Assembly: GCA_965219535.1 (NCBI GenBank)
Contig: CBDCNV010000001.1
Coordinates: forward strand, 1,110,001 to 1,142,000
Length of the DNA stretch: 32,000 nucleotides
Direction of reading: 5' to 3'
Source of the DNA: Opitutales bacterium
GTDB taxonomy: Bacteria; Verrucomicrobiota; Verrucomicrobiia; Opitutales; PNEW01
Shown here: piece by piece, positions 9,915-18,814 of the stretch
How positions within the stretch are numbered: the first letter of the stretch is position 1
Layout: each line of letters starts with the position of its first letter
The notes under the pieces: model-generated
What the model was told of the DNA's origin: nothing
Seen by the model: the letters and a program-made list of their open reading frames with translations, nothing else
Database searches by the model: none
Position numbers and translations under genes: made by a program

Positions 9915-10101
9915 CTAGTCAAAAAGCCATTTCAATTGTCGATTTTCGAATGACGATTGTCGATTTGGAAAATATCGACCTTCGACATCTCAATGAATGC
10001 TATTAACCCAAACAGAGATTTTTTTTCAACTGCTGAACCCTGAACCCTGAACCCTGATTCCCAAACCTTTTGACCTTTTGACATTTTGACCTTTTGACTA
10101 G
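9915..10101. repeat. Composite intergenic repeat element C: CTAGTCAAAAAG (9915-9926), core with ATTGTCGATTT x2, CTGAACCC array (10030-10062), CTTTTGAC array ending GACTAG (10066-10101)
   Basis: Read directly. Its ends are palindromic (ctagtcaaaaag ... cttttgactag). It lies 4 nt from the mutS start codon and 1 nt from the holB stop codon. Confidence 0.88.
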
Positions 10102-10102
10102 T

Positions 10103-11041
10103 TCAGTTTGCCCAAATGCGTAATGAATTTAAAAAGAAATATTCCATCGCTGCCCCTTCGTTAAGATTAACTTCGAGGAGACCGGCGCTGTGTTCAAGAT
10201 AGGCTATTGCCCGTGCGAATTGACGTGTTGGAAATGGTTTAGATCCTTTAATCGATTCGATTGCGAAATCTCTCGTTATTATCTCAAGTTCAATAATTAA
10301 TTGTTGCCGAATTCGCTTACGCATTCCTATTTCATAAGCTTCTTTCTCTTCATCGTCCAAGTGCTGAGGGATAAGATCTTTATCATTCTTTCCAATCGGG
10401 CCACTATACTCTTTTATTATACATTGGTAACGTCTTACCAGTCCGTATGCCGCCAGAACTAAGTCGGCTTTGTCCTGGGCTGACCTCACTTCACTCCTCA
10501 GTTGCACCAGCCAATGGCGATAATCTTCAAGCCATGATTGCCACTCAGCGTCCCTTGAACGGTTTAATTGAGAGGGGATATGGAAATTAAAGCACCGGCT
10601 GCGAATAGTATCGAGTAGGGCATAGGGTCGAGTCGAAAGTAAGATTATCGTCGTATTGGTTGGGGGTTCTTCCAGAGTTTTAAGAAAAGCGTTGGCCGAC
10701 TCACGATTCATTCGATCGGCTTCATGGACAAAGGCCACTTTGTTTTCGCCTTGATGGGGTGAATGCTGAATCTGACGAATAAGTTCGCGCGTATTTCCAA
10801 TGCGAATCTGTCTCGCCTTGTGGGTGGGGCGCAGGGCGAAAAAGTCTGGGTGTAAGCTTACCTCACGGGAAGGCTTTAAAAGGACGGAGGCCAGCGCTAA
10901 GCCTACTTCTTCAAGCACTTCCAGGTCATTGCCGTGAAGTAGAATGCCGTGTGCGAGTCGCCCTTTAGTGATGGATCGATCAAGAACCTTAACGGGTCGG
11001 CTTTGGCGCAGGGGGTCAGCTAAAGCGTTCGCTAAGCTCAT
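10103..11041 (-). CDS. holB: DNA polymerase III subunit delta-prime
   Basis: 312-aa ORF with the degenerate P-loop context RLAHGILLHG, FLKTLEEPP and DTIRSRC (sensor) motifs. Its 5' end overlaps the tmk 3' end by 26 nt. Confidence 0.87.
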   Translation of the reverse strand: MSLANALADPLRQSRPVKVLDRSITKGRLAHGILLHGNDLEVLEEVGLALASVLLKPSREVSLHPDFFALRPTHKARQIRIGNTRELIRQIQHSPHQGENKVAFVHEADRMNRESANAFLKTLEEPPTNTTIILLSTRPYALLDTIRSRCFNFHIPSQLNRSRDAEWQSWLEDYRHWLVQLRSEVRSAQDKADLVLAAYGLVRRYQCIIKEYSGPIGKNDKDLIPQHLDDEEKEAYEIGMRKRIRQQLIIELEIITRDFAIESIKGSKPFPTRQFARAIAYLEHSAGLLEVNLNEGAAMEYFFLNSLRIWAN

Positions 11042-11657
11042 TCCAGATTTGTTCCTCTAACTGCCTTGCTTGTTGCGTTCCGTCGATGATCACAAATCTT
11101 TCTGGCATCGCTTTTGCGAGCATTAAATAACCCTCCCGAATCTTGTGATAAAAATCAATGTTCTCTTCCTCCATACGATCCGGAAGGTCGGAGGCGCGTT
11201 CTTTGATTCGCAAAAGGCCAACTTCTGCAGGGACATCCAATATTACCGTAATATCCGGCATCAAGTTGCCCACCGCAAAAGTATTAATGACGTGAACAGG
11301 TTCCGCCGCAATCTGTCTGCCCACACCTTGATATACGGTCGTCGAGTCAACAAAACGATCGCAGAGTATTATCTTACCCTCCTCAAGATTGGGGAGAATG
11401 ATTTCGCGCACAAGCTGTGCCCGGCTCGCGGCAAAAAGTAATAATTCGGTTTCAGGACAGACATTACTCCCGGGAGAGGCGTGTTTAAGCAGGTGGCGTA
11501 TTTCTTCTCCAATCTCCGTGCCGCCGGGTTCACGCGTGACGACGATATCATAGCCAGCATCCTGAAAACGGGCCGCTATTCGACCTATCTGTGTGGTTTT
11601 TCCGCTGCCTTCCGATCCCTCAAACGTAATGAGTATACCCCGATCTGAATCTTCCAT
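11016..11657 (-). CDS. tmk: Thymidylate kinase
   Basis: P-loop ITFEGSEGSGKTTQ, plus REPGGT and LCDRF motifs. I place the start at ATG 11657 (MEDSDRG...). The ORF-track start at 11753 would overlap the upstream kinase gene, whose stop is at 11665-11667. Confidence 0.92.
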   Translation of the reverse strand: MEDSDRGILITFEGSEGSGKTTQIGRIAARFQDAGYDIVVTREPGGTEIGEEIRHLLKHASPGSNVCPETELLLFAASRAQLVREIILPNLEEGKIILCDRFVDSTTVYQGVGRQIAAEPVHVINTFAVGNLMPDITVILDVPAEVGLLRIKERASDLPDRMEEENIDFYHKIREGYLMLAKAMPERFVIIDGTQQARQLEEQIWNELSERFS

Positions 11658-11664
11658 CTGAGTA

Positions 11665-12777
11665 TTAATTCCAGTTTCGAATAAAATTGTCGATATCGAA
11701 AAGTGACGGGCTTTTTGCTGTAGACACATAGTGACTGGAAAAGGCAACCGCAAGGGTGAGGCATGCGGGTGGACTCAAGCCAAGAATTAACCCGGTTGTA
11801 AATCCCGCGTTAAAATGATCACCCGCACCCGTCGTGATTTTTGGTTCATCGGTATAGATTCCCTCGATCCACCAGGAATCATCCTTTGTCGCGCAAGCCG
11901 CGGATTCAAGTGGGTGGATAACAACACAGTGAATTTCAAGATCCTGACGAATAAGCGCGGCCATTTTTTTGAGACCCTTCGCGTCGGATTTAAGCTTTTT
12001 GTGACCCATTACCTTGAATACCTGTTGCGCTTCTTTTTGATTAAGCCCAAGGCATACGTTTCCATGACTGCGAAATTTTGTTATCGTTGCGAGGACAACT
12101 TTAAGATCACCATCAGAGCGTTTTTGTGGATCGGACAAATCGAAGAAAAACTGGCGCCCATCGCGGGGGGGCAGATTGGGTAAAACTTTATCGAGCAGGG
12201 CGACGAAAATTGCAGTCATGTTGGGAATCATCGTCCAGTTGAGCAGGGAGATGAGATCAGCTCTTGACAGGAAATCATAGAGTGCGCCTTCTCCAACCTC
12301 ATTTACAATATTGGAATAGGTGATATTTTCGATGCCCGAGGTGTCGTTAAGCATAATTTTTCCATCTGAAAACTCCAGGGCAAGAGTAACACCCGGTTCA
12401 CTCACGGATACGCCTTCAGCCTTTTTTGCAAAGTCTTCAAAAACAGGATGAATACCGGGTTTTCCTAACGCCCCTAAATATTTAACTTCCATTCCCGTAG
12501 CCAGTAATGCATTGGCCATAATCGGTCCATTCCCCCCGATTTTTTCGGTTTTTGGATAGACTTCAATGTTCGTGCTTTCCCCCGCGGCCTCAGTTATCCG
12601 CGCACCTAATACATCAATCTTATCAATCGGCTTAAAGTTCTCCCCCGGGCCGAGGCGTTTATCGACAACCGTCATAATCTTGTCGACAAACCCGTCAAAT
12701 CCGACAAGTGCATGTTTAGAGCTTATCGCACTGCCTTTACTTTCGAGTTCTTCTAATGTTCCTTTTTTGAAATTCAT
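11665..12777 (-). CDS. Ribokinase-superfamily sugar/nucleoside kinase (PfkB / ADP-dependent-kinase-like)
   Basis: 370-aa ORF with KIGGNGPIMANAL and the C-terminal catalytic-base motif ITTGAGDHFNAGF. Substrate cannot be inferred. Confidence 0.7.
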   Translation of the reverse strand: MNFKKGTLEELESKGSAISSKHALVGFDGFVDKIMTVVDKRLGPGENFKPIDKIDVLGARITEAAGESTNIEVYPKTEKIGGNGPIMANALLATGMEVKYLGALGKPGIHPVFEDFAKKAEGVSVSEPGVTLALEFSDGKIMLNDTSGIENITYSNIVNEVGEGALYDFLSRADLISLLNWTMIPNMTAIFVALLDKVLPNLPPRDGRQFFFDLSDPQKRSDGDLKVVLATITKFRSHGNVCLGLNQKEAQQVFKVMGHKKLKSDAKGLKKMAALIRQDLEIHCVVIHPLESAACATKDDSWWIEGIYTDEPKITTGAGDHFNAGFTTGLILGLSPPACLTLAVAFSSHYVSTAKSPSLFDIDNFIRNWN

Positions 12778-13013
12778 TTAATTTAAAATTTAATATTTTT
12801 CAGAAGTTTAGCAGCGCGTCAGGGCCATGCAAGCTAGCAATGATGTGTTGCACAATTATTCTTGTTTTAAGCTTAATGGATTCTCAATAAATACGTCTTG
12901 AAATCATCAAGATAAACCCAACGTTCTCATTCTGGAACTCATCTCTGTGCCCAGGTATTCCAAAAAACACTATTTTTTAATTTTCAGGTTTGCCAATGGT
13001 AGCTTACTATAAC

Positions 13014-13031
13014 GATAGTGTATGCACTATC
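13014..13031. promoter_or_regulatory. Candidate operator: palindrome GATAGTG-tatg-CACTATC (Fur-box-like half sites) upstream of exbB
   Basis: 7-nt perfect inverted repeat with a 4-nt spacer, 30 nt upstream of ATG 13061. A third ACTAT unit lies at 13006-13010. It resembles GATAAT-type hexamer arrays. The regulator assignment is inference only. Confidence 0.3.
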
Positions 13032-13060
13032 ACATGTCCTAACTCTATTAATTTTTGGAT

Positions 13061-13777
13061 ATGCTCTTGTATAAAATTATTTTTTCGCCCGTCGTTTTAG
13101 GCACATCACCCAACGTATTCACTTACTTCAGCCAGTCGAATACCGCAGGTAAATTTATCGTTATTGCCCTGCTGCTCCTAAGTTTGCTCGCATGGACTGT
13201 TATGGTTGGCAAATACCTTGATTTACAGCGTTTGCGGGACTTGAACTTAAATTTGCAAAATAAACTAAACCAATCGAATTCCGTATTAAATCTCGATCCT
13301 CAATTTTACACTCACGTAAGCGGGCCCTATGGTGTTCTCTCAAAAAATGCGATTGATGCGTATTACCGCACGGGACATGGATGGAAAAATGAAACGGCGC
13401 GCATCGGGCATGTTGAAAACGCCCTCCAAAGATCCGTCGCTGAGGCAACTATTCTATACGAGTCGAAAATGGTCCTGCTCGGCTCTATTGTATCCGGGGC
13501 GCCTTTTCTCGGGTTGCTGGGAACGGTATGGGGAGTAATGGATGCCTTCGGTTCGATCGCTTTGAAGAGTAGCGCCAACATCCAGACCCTCGCGCCGGGG
13601 GTCTCCGGGGCATTGCTTACCACCGTTGCGGCACTCCTTGTTGCCATCCCCTCAGTTTTTGGTTATAATTATTTGCTCACCCAATCAAAAATTATGATTA
13701 CCGACCTGGAAAACTTTGCCAGTTCATTCGCCGACCGAATCGAACTCGAAGCCTATACTGTGAAGGAGGATGAGTAG
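13061..13777 (+). CDS. exbB: MotA/TolQ/ExbB proton-channel protein
   Basis: Signature PFLGLLGTVWGVMDAF and three TM segments. ATG at 13061 (an alternative TTG at 13055 is used by the ORF track). It is followed by exbD and a TonB-like gene. Confidence 0.88.
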   Translation: MLLYKIIFSPVVLGTSPNVFTYFSQSNTAGKFIVIALLLLSLLAWTVMVGKYLDLQRLRDLNLNLQNKLNQSNSVLNLDPQFYTHVSGPYGVLSKNAIDAYYRTGHGWKNETARIGHVENALQRSVAEATILYESKMVLLGSIVSGAPFLGLLGTVWGVMDAFGSIALKSSANIQTLAPGVSGALLTTVAALLVAIPSVFGYNYLLTQSKIMITDLENFASSFADRIELEAYTVKEDE

Positions 13778-13966
13778 GTCAAAAAGTCAAAAGGTCAAAA
13801 TGTCAAAAGGATGCTTACGCAGTTTTAAGTGTTAGGTGTTAAGTTTTAAGCTAATTTAAAAATCTTAATAACAGATTGTATAAACCATATAATTGACGAA
13901 ATTCATCATGCGCACTGATAAATTGTCTTCCCTAAAACTTAACACCTAAAACCTAACACTTTTGTC
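13778..13966. repeat. Nested repeat element D between exbB and exbD: GTCAAAAG x4 (13778-13810), GTTAGGT-type arm (13822-13851), AT-rich core, inverted arm (13931-13959), degenerate CTTTTGTC (13959-13966)
   Basis: Read directly. It starts at the nucleotide after the exbB TAG (13775-13777) and ends at the nucleotide before the exbD ATG (13967). Confidence 0.9.
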
Positions 13967-14383
13967 ATGGCCCGAACATTTCATCGTAGAGACAGGTTGA
14001 GCGCGATCTCAGAAATTAATATCATGCCGCTGCTCGACCTCGCGTTCGCACTCTTGATTATTTTTATGATTACGGCGCCTCTACTTGAACAAAGCATTGA
14101 TTTGAACCTGCCTTTTGAAAATCAGAAAGCGCAACAATCGGCTGAGAAGAAGCGGTTTCTAACCATTTCGATCAATGGTGAGGGGCTCTACTTTTGGGAT
14201 GATCGTGAAGTAGATGAAGCAAAACTTGCTGAAATGCTTGAAGATATTTCCGCGCAGCCGGATTCACCTGTTATTAGTATTCGTGCTGATCGCCAAATTC
14301 CCTACCAGAAAGTTATTACCGTGATCGATCTCGTGAAGCAAAACAACTTGACGGAGATCAGTCTCGATACCCAAATTAAATAA
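13967..14383 (+). CDS. exbD: ExbD/TolR biopolymer transport protein
   Basis: 138-aa ORF with the N-terminal motif EINIMPLLDLAFALLIIFMITAP and a periplasmic domain typical of ExbD/TolR. Confidence 0.9.
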   Translation: MARTFHRRDRLSAISEINIMPLLDLAFALLIIFMITAPLLEQSIDLNLPFENQKAQQSAEKKRFLTISINGEGLYFWDDREVDEAKLAEMLEDISAQPDSPVISIRADRQIPYQKVITVIDLVKQNNLTEISLDTQIK

Positions 14384-14410
14384 AATCTCGCTTACCTCGC
14401 GAATGTAAAG

Positions 14411-15100
14411 ATGGAATTAAGTTCGAGAACAGCCTTTTTGATATCGGCGATTCTGCACGGCGTTTTTTTTGTTATTCTGATCGTGTGGACCCTGATTAGT
14501 TCCCTCATCGCAAAAGAAGACAGTTTTGTCTTTACGATGGTATCGCCACCGGCGAGCGCACTGCAGAGTGAAAAGAGTCCCGCAAGCAGCGAAGATACTG
14601 CAGCGGAGACACAAGCGCCAGAGGTGGAAGCAGAACCACTTCCAAGTTTGTCCTATGAAGAATTTATTAAACAGCACGGGGCACCAAAAGCTCAGAAGTC
14701 TGTAACCCCGGTAAAAAGAAAAGTTACGGTCCAGGACATTGATACTGAAAATCTAAGGGAAGAATTGGAAAAAGCGCTCGCCAGTGATCATTGGCAGGAA
14801 GTGAGCCGGATGACTTCTGTAGAGCAAGATGAATTTCAGCGTTACATCAGCAGCCTGAAGGCGCAGATAAATCATGCGTGGAATAAACCATCACAGCTTT
14901 CAGGGCGCCAGTTTCTTGCGACCCTGCGTTTCACCGTATCGAGTAAAGGTGTCATTTCCGACGTTCAGATTACCGATTCATCGAATAATGAATTATTCGA
15001 TCACTCCGTGCTTGCCGCCTTTGAACGCGTAGGTCGGGCCGCGCCCACTCCCGATGGTAATACTTATTCTCTAATCCTGACCTTTCGAATGAAGGAGTAG
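14411..15100 (+). CDS. TonB-family energy transducer
   Basis: 229-aa ORF. Its N-terminal TM contains SAILH (SxxxH motif). It has an acidic/Pro-containing linker and a C-terminal domain (LATLRFTVSSKGVISDVQITDSSNNELFDHSVLAAFERVG). It sits immediately after exbB-exbD. Confidence 0.72.
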   Translation: MELSSRTAFLISAILHGVFFVILIVWTLISSLIAKEDSFVFTMVSPPASALQSEKSPASSEDTAAETQAPEVEAEPLPSLSYEEFIKQHGAPKAQKSVTPVKRKVTVQDIDTENLREELEKALASDHWQEVSRMTSVEQDEFQRYISSLKAQINHAWNKPSQLSGRQFLATLRFTVSSKGVISDVQITDSSNNELFDHSVLAAFERVGRAAPTPDGNTYSLILTFRMKE

Positions 15101-15138
15101 ATTTTACACCGCAATTGCCATAATAGCTGAGATAGGCG

Positions 15139-15912
15139 ATGGAGAAAATACGTCTGGCACAAATTAAAGTATACCCGGTTAAGGGCGATTTAGATAGTAA
15201 CCAATCTCGATTATTGGAAATACTGCGTGAAGTGGAGTCATTTAAACCGGATGTTGTTATTACTCCGGAGTGTTTTCTTGATGGTTATGTATCCACTGAA
15301 ACCTTTGTGACCAGAGACAATATTGGAGACTATGCGATTGATCCCAATAAATCACCTTACGTCGATGCCATCTCTGAATGGGCAAAGAGAAATAACTCAT
15401 GGTTTATTTATGGATCCACCCGGTTGAGTGAGGGAGGTGTTTATAACTCCGCTCTCATCATTGACCGATCGGGAGATAGGGTGGGGATCTACGATAAGGT
15501 TCACTGTCAGAATCATGACGAAAAATATCTCCCCGGTAAAAGCCTACCTGTATTTCAATCAGATTTCGGACTGTTTGGTGTCATGATATGTGCTGATCGG
15601 CGATGGCCGGAAACCGTGCGCTCGCTGGCTATGAAGGGCGCGCGTATTATTTTTAATCCGACTTATGGTGCCCATGATACATTAAATGAACATATGATGC
15701 AGACACGATCCTATGAAAGTGAAATATTTATTACTTTTACACACCCGGAGCAATCATTGGTTACCGGTCCTGAAGGTGAGATTATTAACAATGAGAAATC
15801 AGCGGATGTTAATTTCGCGATCACTGAAATCGATCTTGCTCAATCTGATCGTGCACGAGAAAAAGTCCTCGCCCATTTAAAAGATCGGCGACCGGATATT
15901 TATTCACTTTAA
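15139..15912 (+). CDS. Carbon-nitrogen hydrolase (nitrilase superfamily)
   Basis: 257-aa ORF with the Glu/Lys/Cys triad contexts VITPECFLDGY, IYDKVHC and VMICADRRWPE. Confidence 0.85.
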   Translation: MEKIRLAQIKVYPVKGDLDSNQSRLLEILREVESFKPDVVITPECFLDGYVSTETFVTRDNIGDYAIDPNKSPYVDAISEWAKRNNSWFIYGSTRLSEGGVYNSALIIDRSGDRVGIYDKVHCQNHDEKYLPGKSLPVFQSDFGLFGVMICADRRWPETVRSLAMKGARIIFNPTYGAHDTLNEHMMQTRSYESEIFITFTHPEQSLVTGPEGEIINNEKSADVNFAITEIDLAQSDRAREKVLAHLKDRRPDIYSL

Positions 15913-15934
15913 TGAGTTGAAAGTCTAAGGTTAA

Positions 15935-17146
15935 AAGGTCAAAAACCTGAAAGTAATAGTTATTTTATTTTCGTTCATTTTAAGCGCTGTCTTATCGTTC
16001 ATAGCGCTTAAATACCTATCCCTCCCATTTCTATGGATTTCCCTGTCTTGGGTTCTCTGTTTTTCATTCTATTTTTATCGCTGTGATAAGTACGCTTATA
16101 AAGCAATCTGGTTCAACCTCGCTTTCATCATATTGGTATTAGGGATAATTGAGGTCTTCTCTTGGCGTTCACTGTGGAAAGAAAAGGAAGCTACACGCTA
16201 CGAAATTCAATACTCAAAAGGGCCTAACACCTACAATGACATACTTGGCTATGCTCCCAGGAGTAGGAATACTATAGTTTCGAAGAAGTACAGAGATGAG
16301 CAATTATTGTATGATGTCACCTATACAATTGGTGATGATGGTTTACGTATCACTCCGAAATATGAACTTATTGAATTAAATCAATGCGTCGTTTTTTTCG
16401 GGGGCTCTTTCACTTTTGGGGAAGGTTTGAATGATGAAGAGAGTATGCCCTACCTTGTCGGTAAGCTTTCAAAATTTAATACATATTATTTTTGATTTTA
16501 TGGGTATGGTCCCCATCAAATGCTATCTGCTCTTGAGCAGGGTATGGTCGAGAGGATAGTAGAATGTAGACCAAAAATTGCTATCTATCAGGTGCCGCGC
16601 ACGCATGTTCTGCGATCGACCGGATTAACGAAATGGGATAAACATGGACCTGAATATGTTCTACTATCCGATGGGACAGTCAAATTCGATGGTCACTTCG
16701 ACGATGAATCCCCCACTACAACGCGAGATGAAAGTGCTGCTTTTTCGTCGAGGATAATTGCCCAATTGAAAAAATCTTTTCTCTTTAAAAAATATTTTGA
16801 AAACATCGTCCCTTATAGCGACGAAGCTATTGAATTATTCCTTGCCATTATAGAAGCAGCGAAAAATGAATTCACCGGTAGATATCCGGGATCAGCTTTT
16901 CATGTGATTTTTTGGGATTATAAGCCTAATCATTGGGATACTAAAAAAATTCTCGAAGAATTAAGCAGTAAAGGGATAAAAACCCATCTTATCAGCAGTA
17001 TATTACCCGATTTTAACCGCCAAAAAGCGAAATATGAAATCAGTCCCTACGACCTGCATCCCAATGCCCTCGCACAGGAGACCATCGCTCAATATGTTGT
17101 TGAGGATATTCTGAATGAGAGTTCAGGTCAAAAAGTAGAATACTGA
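15935..17146 (+). pseudogene. SGNH/GDSL-like hydrolase with hydrophobic N-terminal region, interrupted by one in-frame TGA (16496-16498)
   Basis: ORFs 16133-16495 and 16520-17146 share one frame. The first carries block I (VVFFGGSFTFGEG). The second carries YGYGPHQ and the DxxH block (YDLHPN). The same frame is open from 15935 and encodes three hydrophobic helices, but has no ATG or GTG upstream of TTG 16133. Confidence 0.6.
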
Positions 17147-17203
17147 AAGTAGGTATTTTTCTTTTTATTTCCAGACTGAGCATTTGCATAATACTATTCT
17201 CTT

Positions 17204-17229
17204 CCCTTTTGACCTTTTGACATTTTGAC
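17204..17229. repeat. CTTTTGAC array (reverse GTCAAAAG units x3)
   Basis: Read directly: cccttttgaccttttgacattttgac. A single forward unit lies at 17127-17136, inside the 3' end of the preceding ORF. Confidence 0.85.
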
Positions 17230-17262
17230 AAAAAAACCCCAGGCACTGCCTGGGGTTTTTTT
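17230..17262. terminator. Bidirectional rho-independent terminator between the SGNH pseudogene and HU
   Basis: A-run 17230-17236, stem ccccagg (17237-17243), loop cactg, stem cctgggg (17249-17255), T-run 17256-17262. The genes on either side converge on it. Confidence 0.82.
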
Positions 17263-17271
17263 AAATAATTA

Positions 17272-17547
17272 TCAGACGGCAGCTTTAAAGGCTGCACCGG
17301 GTTTGAATTTTACAGACCTGGATGCTTTGATCTTAATCTTCTCTCCGGTTTGGGGGTTAACGCCAGTACGAGCAGAGCGTTTTGAAATAGAAAAAGTACC
17401 GAAACCAATTAACTGGACGGCTTTATCCTTTTTCACTCCCTTTTTGATACTATCTAAAACAGCATCAACCGAACGTTCGGATGCGGCTTTAGATGTATCG
17501 CCACCGAGAGATTTTTGGACACTAGCTACTAATTCAGCTTTATTCAT
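17272..17547 (-). CDS. hup: HU-family nucleoid-associated DNA-binding protein
   Basis: 91-aa ORF starting MNKAELV, containing GFGTFSISKRSARTGVNPQTGEKIKI (the beta-arm with conserved Pro). It has a strong AAGGAG Shine-Dalgarno upstream and tandem stops TGA-TAA. Confidence 0.95.
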   Translation of the reverse strand: MNKAELVASVQKSLGGDTSKAASERSVDAVLDSIKKGVKKDKAVQLIGFGTFSISKRSARTGVNPQTGEKIKIKASRSVKFKPGAAFKAAV

Positions 17548-17791
17548 AGAATGACTCCTTTAAACAATTATTAAGATATTCAGATTTAATACACAGCTAT
17601 GAATTGGATTAAAATATCATGCGTCAATATAAATCCAAATTTATTTTTAATTTTTTTTATTAACCGGGTGGAGCGCTCTCCCTTTGTTCTTGCGACAAGC
17701 GGAGCGACTGAACGATTTAGTTAGCTGATTAGGTTGTCGCCGTTTAAGAATTATTTACAACTTTTACTTATGAGTGCTGATAAGTATTCTT

Positions 17792-17835
17792 ACTTTCAAC
17801 TTTCAACTTTCAACTTTCGACCTTCGACTTTGGAC
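17792..17835. repeat. Period-8 array CTTTCAAC x3 grading into CTTTCGAC/CTTCGAC units
   Basis: Read directly. It overlaps the last codons and the stop of the ygfZ-like gene. Confidence 0.85.
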
Positions 17836-18751
17836 TATTACCTATATATACGCTCGGTGCATCGTTAGCTTTTAAGGAGAGACCTGACAGTGTATCCTTA
17901 TTTCGGTTTCTGAGTAGAGCATGACCGATCCATGACTTTCCATCACTGGCTGCGCTGCGCAGTTGGCCGACGACGTTTTCTTGATCAAACAAATCACAGG
18001 GTAGAGTGGGGGGGGTGGGGCCTTCACTGTAAACAGGGAAAATTTTTCTCTGAACCCGCCCCATCGAATGTAAGCGCGCCATCACTTCTTGACCAAGGAA
18101 ACATCCCTTGTCGAATGATAGTGCGTCATTCTCCAGCTCTCCTTCCTGGGGTAAATCGTCTGGGCCAATATCATTCGGTATAGCTGGTATACGGGATTTC
18201 AATCTTTCCCAATGAAGTTCTTCTTCTGAAGCCCGGGAGACCTTCTCAATGGCACCGAAAGCGTCAATTTGTGATTTTAATGCCTCTGTTTGATCTTTTG
18301 GAACGATAAGATCGTAATTGTCACCCTTGGAGCGTCTACCGCGCATGAGAAATTTACCGGCGGCTTCTATGAAAGAGCCAGATAACGGCTCATTCAGTTC
18401 CATATGGCTGAGAAAAGATGCGGATTTATCTCCCCACCAGGAGATGGCACTTACAGTAGAAGTCAGATCTTCCAGTTCTACCTCATCGGCAATAATGTTC
18501 TCTTCCATTTTATCGATAATCGTAGCCGCGGGGCAAAAGTAACTGAAAATCAGGAACTCCTTTTCAGACTGGCGAAAAATAAAACTATCCGAGCAAGTTT
18601 TCCCTTTGCGCGTCAGCCAGAGACCGTAGATGACCGGATTGGGTCCTGCTTGTTCCAACTCGTTGCTAAACTGGCTTTGTAAAAAAGTGGGCGCATCCTC
18701 CCCCCTAACACGTATCCATGCAGTCGGCTGATATTCGTAAATCGTGGGCAT
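17810..18751 (-). CDS. ygfZ: YgfZ/GcvT-like folate-binding protein
   Basis: 313-aa ORF with the family signature FDKGCFLGQEVMARLHSMGRVQRK (KGCaxGQE motif). Confidence 0.82.
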   Translation of the reverse strand: MPTIYEYQPTAWIRVRGEDAPTFLQSQFSNELEQAGPNPVIYGLWLTRKGKTCSDSFIFRQSEKEFLIFSYFCPAATIIDKMEENIIADEVELEDLTSTVSAISWWGDKSASFLSHMELNEPLSGSFIEAAGKFLMRGRRSKGDNYDLIVPKDQTEALKSQIDAFGAIEKVSRASEEELHWERLKSRIPAIPNDIGPDDLPQEGELENDALSFDKGCFLGQEVMARLHSMGRVQRKIFPVYSEGPTPPTLPCDLFDQENVVGQLRSAASDGKSWIGHALLRNRNKDTLSGLSLKANDAPSVYIGNSPKSKVES

Positions 18752-18776
18752 TAGATACTAGTCAATGGAGCTGGCG

Positions 18777-18813
18777 CTGTGTTAGGTGTTAGGTTTTAAG
18801 TGTTAGGTTAGGG
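18777..18813. repeat. GTTAGGT-type array (left arm of a split inverted pair; partner at 20272-20302)
   Basis: ctgtgttaggtgttaggttttaagtgttaggttaggg. The reverse complement of 20272-20302 reads ctgtgttatgttttaagtgttaagttttagg. Confidence 0.85.
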
Positions 18814-18814
18814 T

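Noticed and set aside
11658-11753. N-terminal extension of the tmk ORF (MRLPFPVTMCLQQKARHF...)
   Set aside because: The extension overlaps the 3' end of the upstream kinase gene and precedes the P-loop by an atypical 40+ residues. ATG 11657 gives a canonical Tmk N-terminus directly after the upstream stop.
17225-17554. 109-aa plus-strand ORF covering the HU locus
   Set aside because: It is antisense to an unmistakable HU gene and begins inside the bidirectional terminator. It has no motif support.
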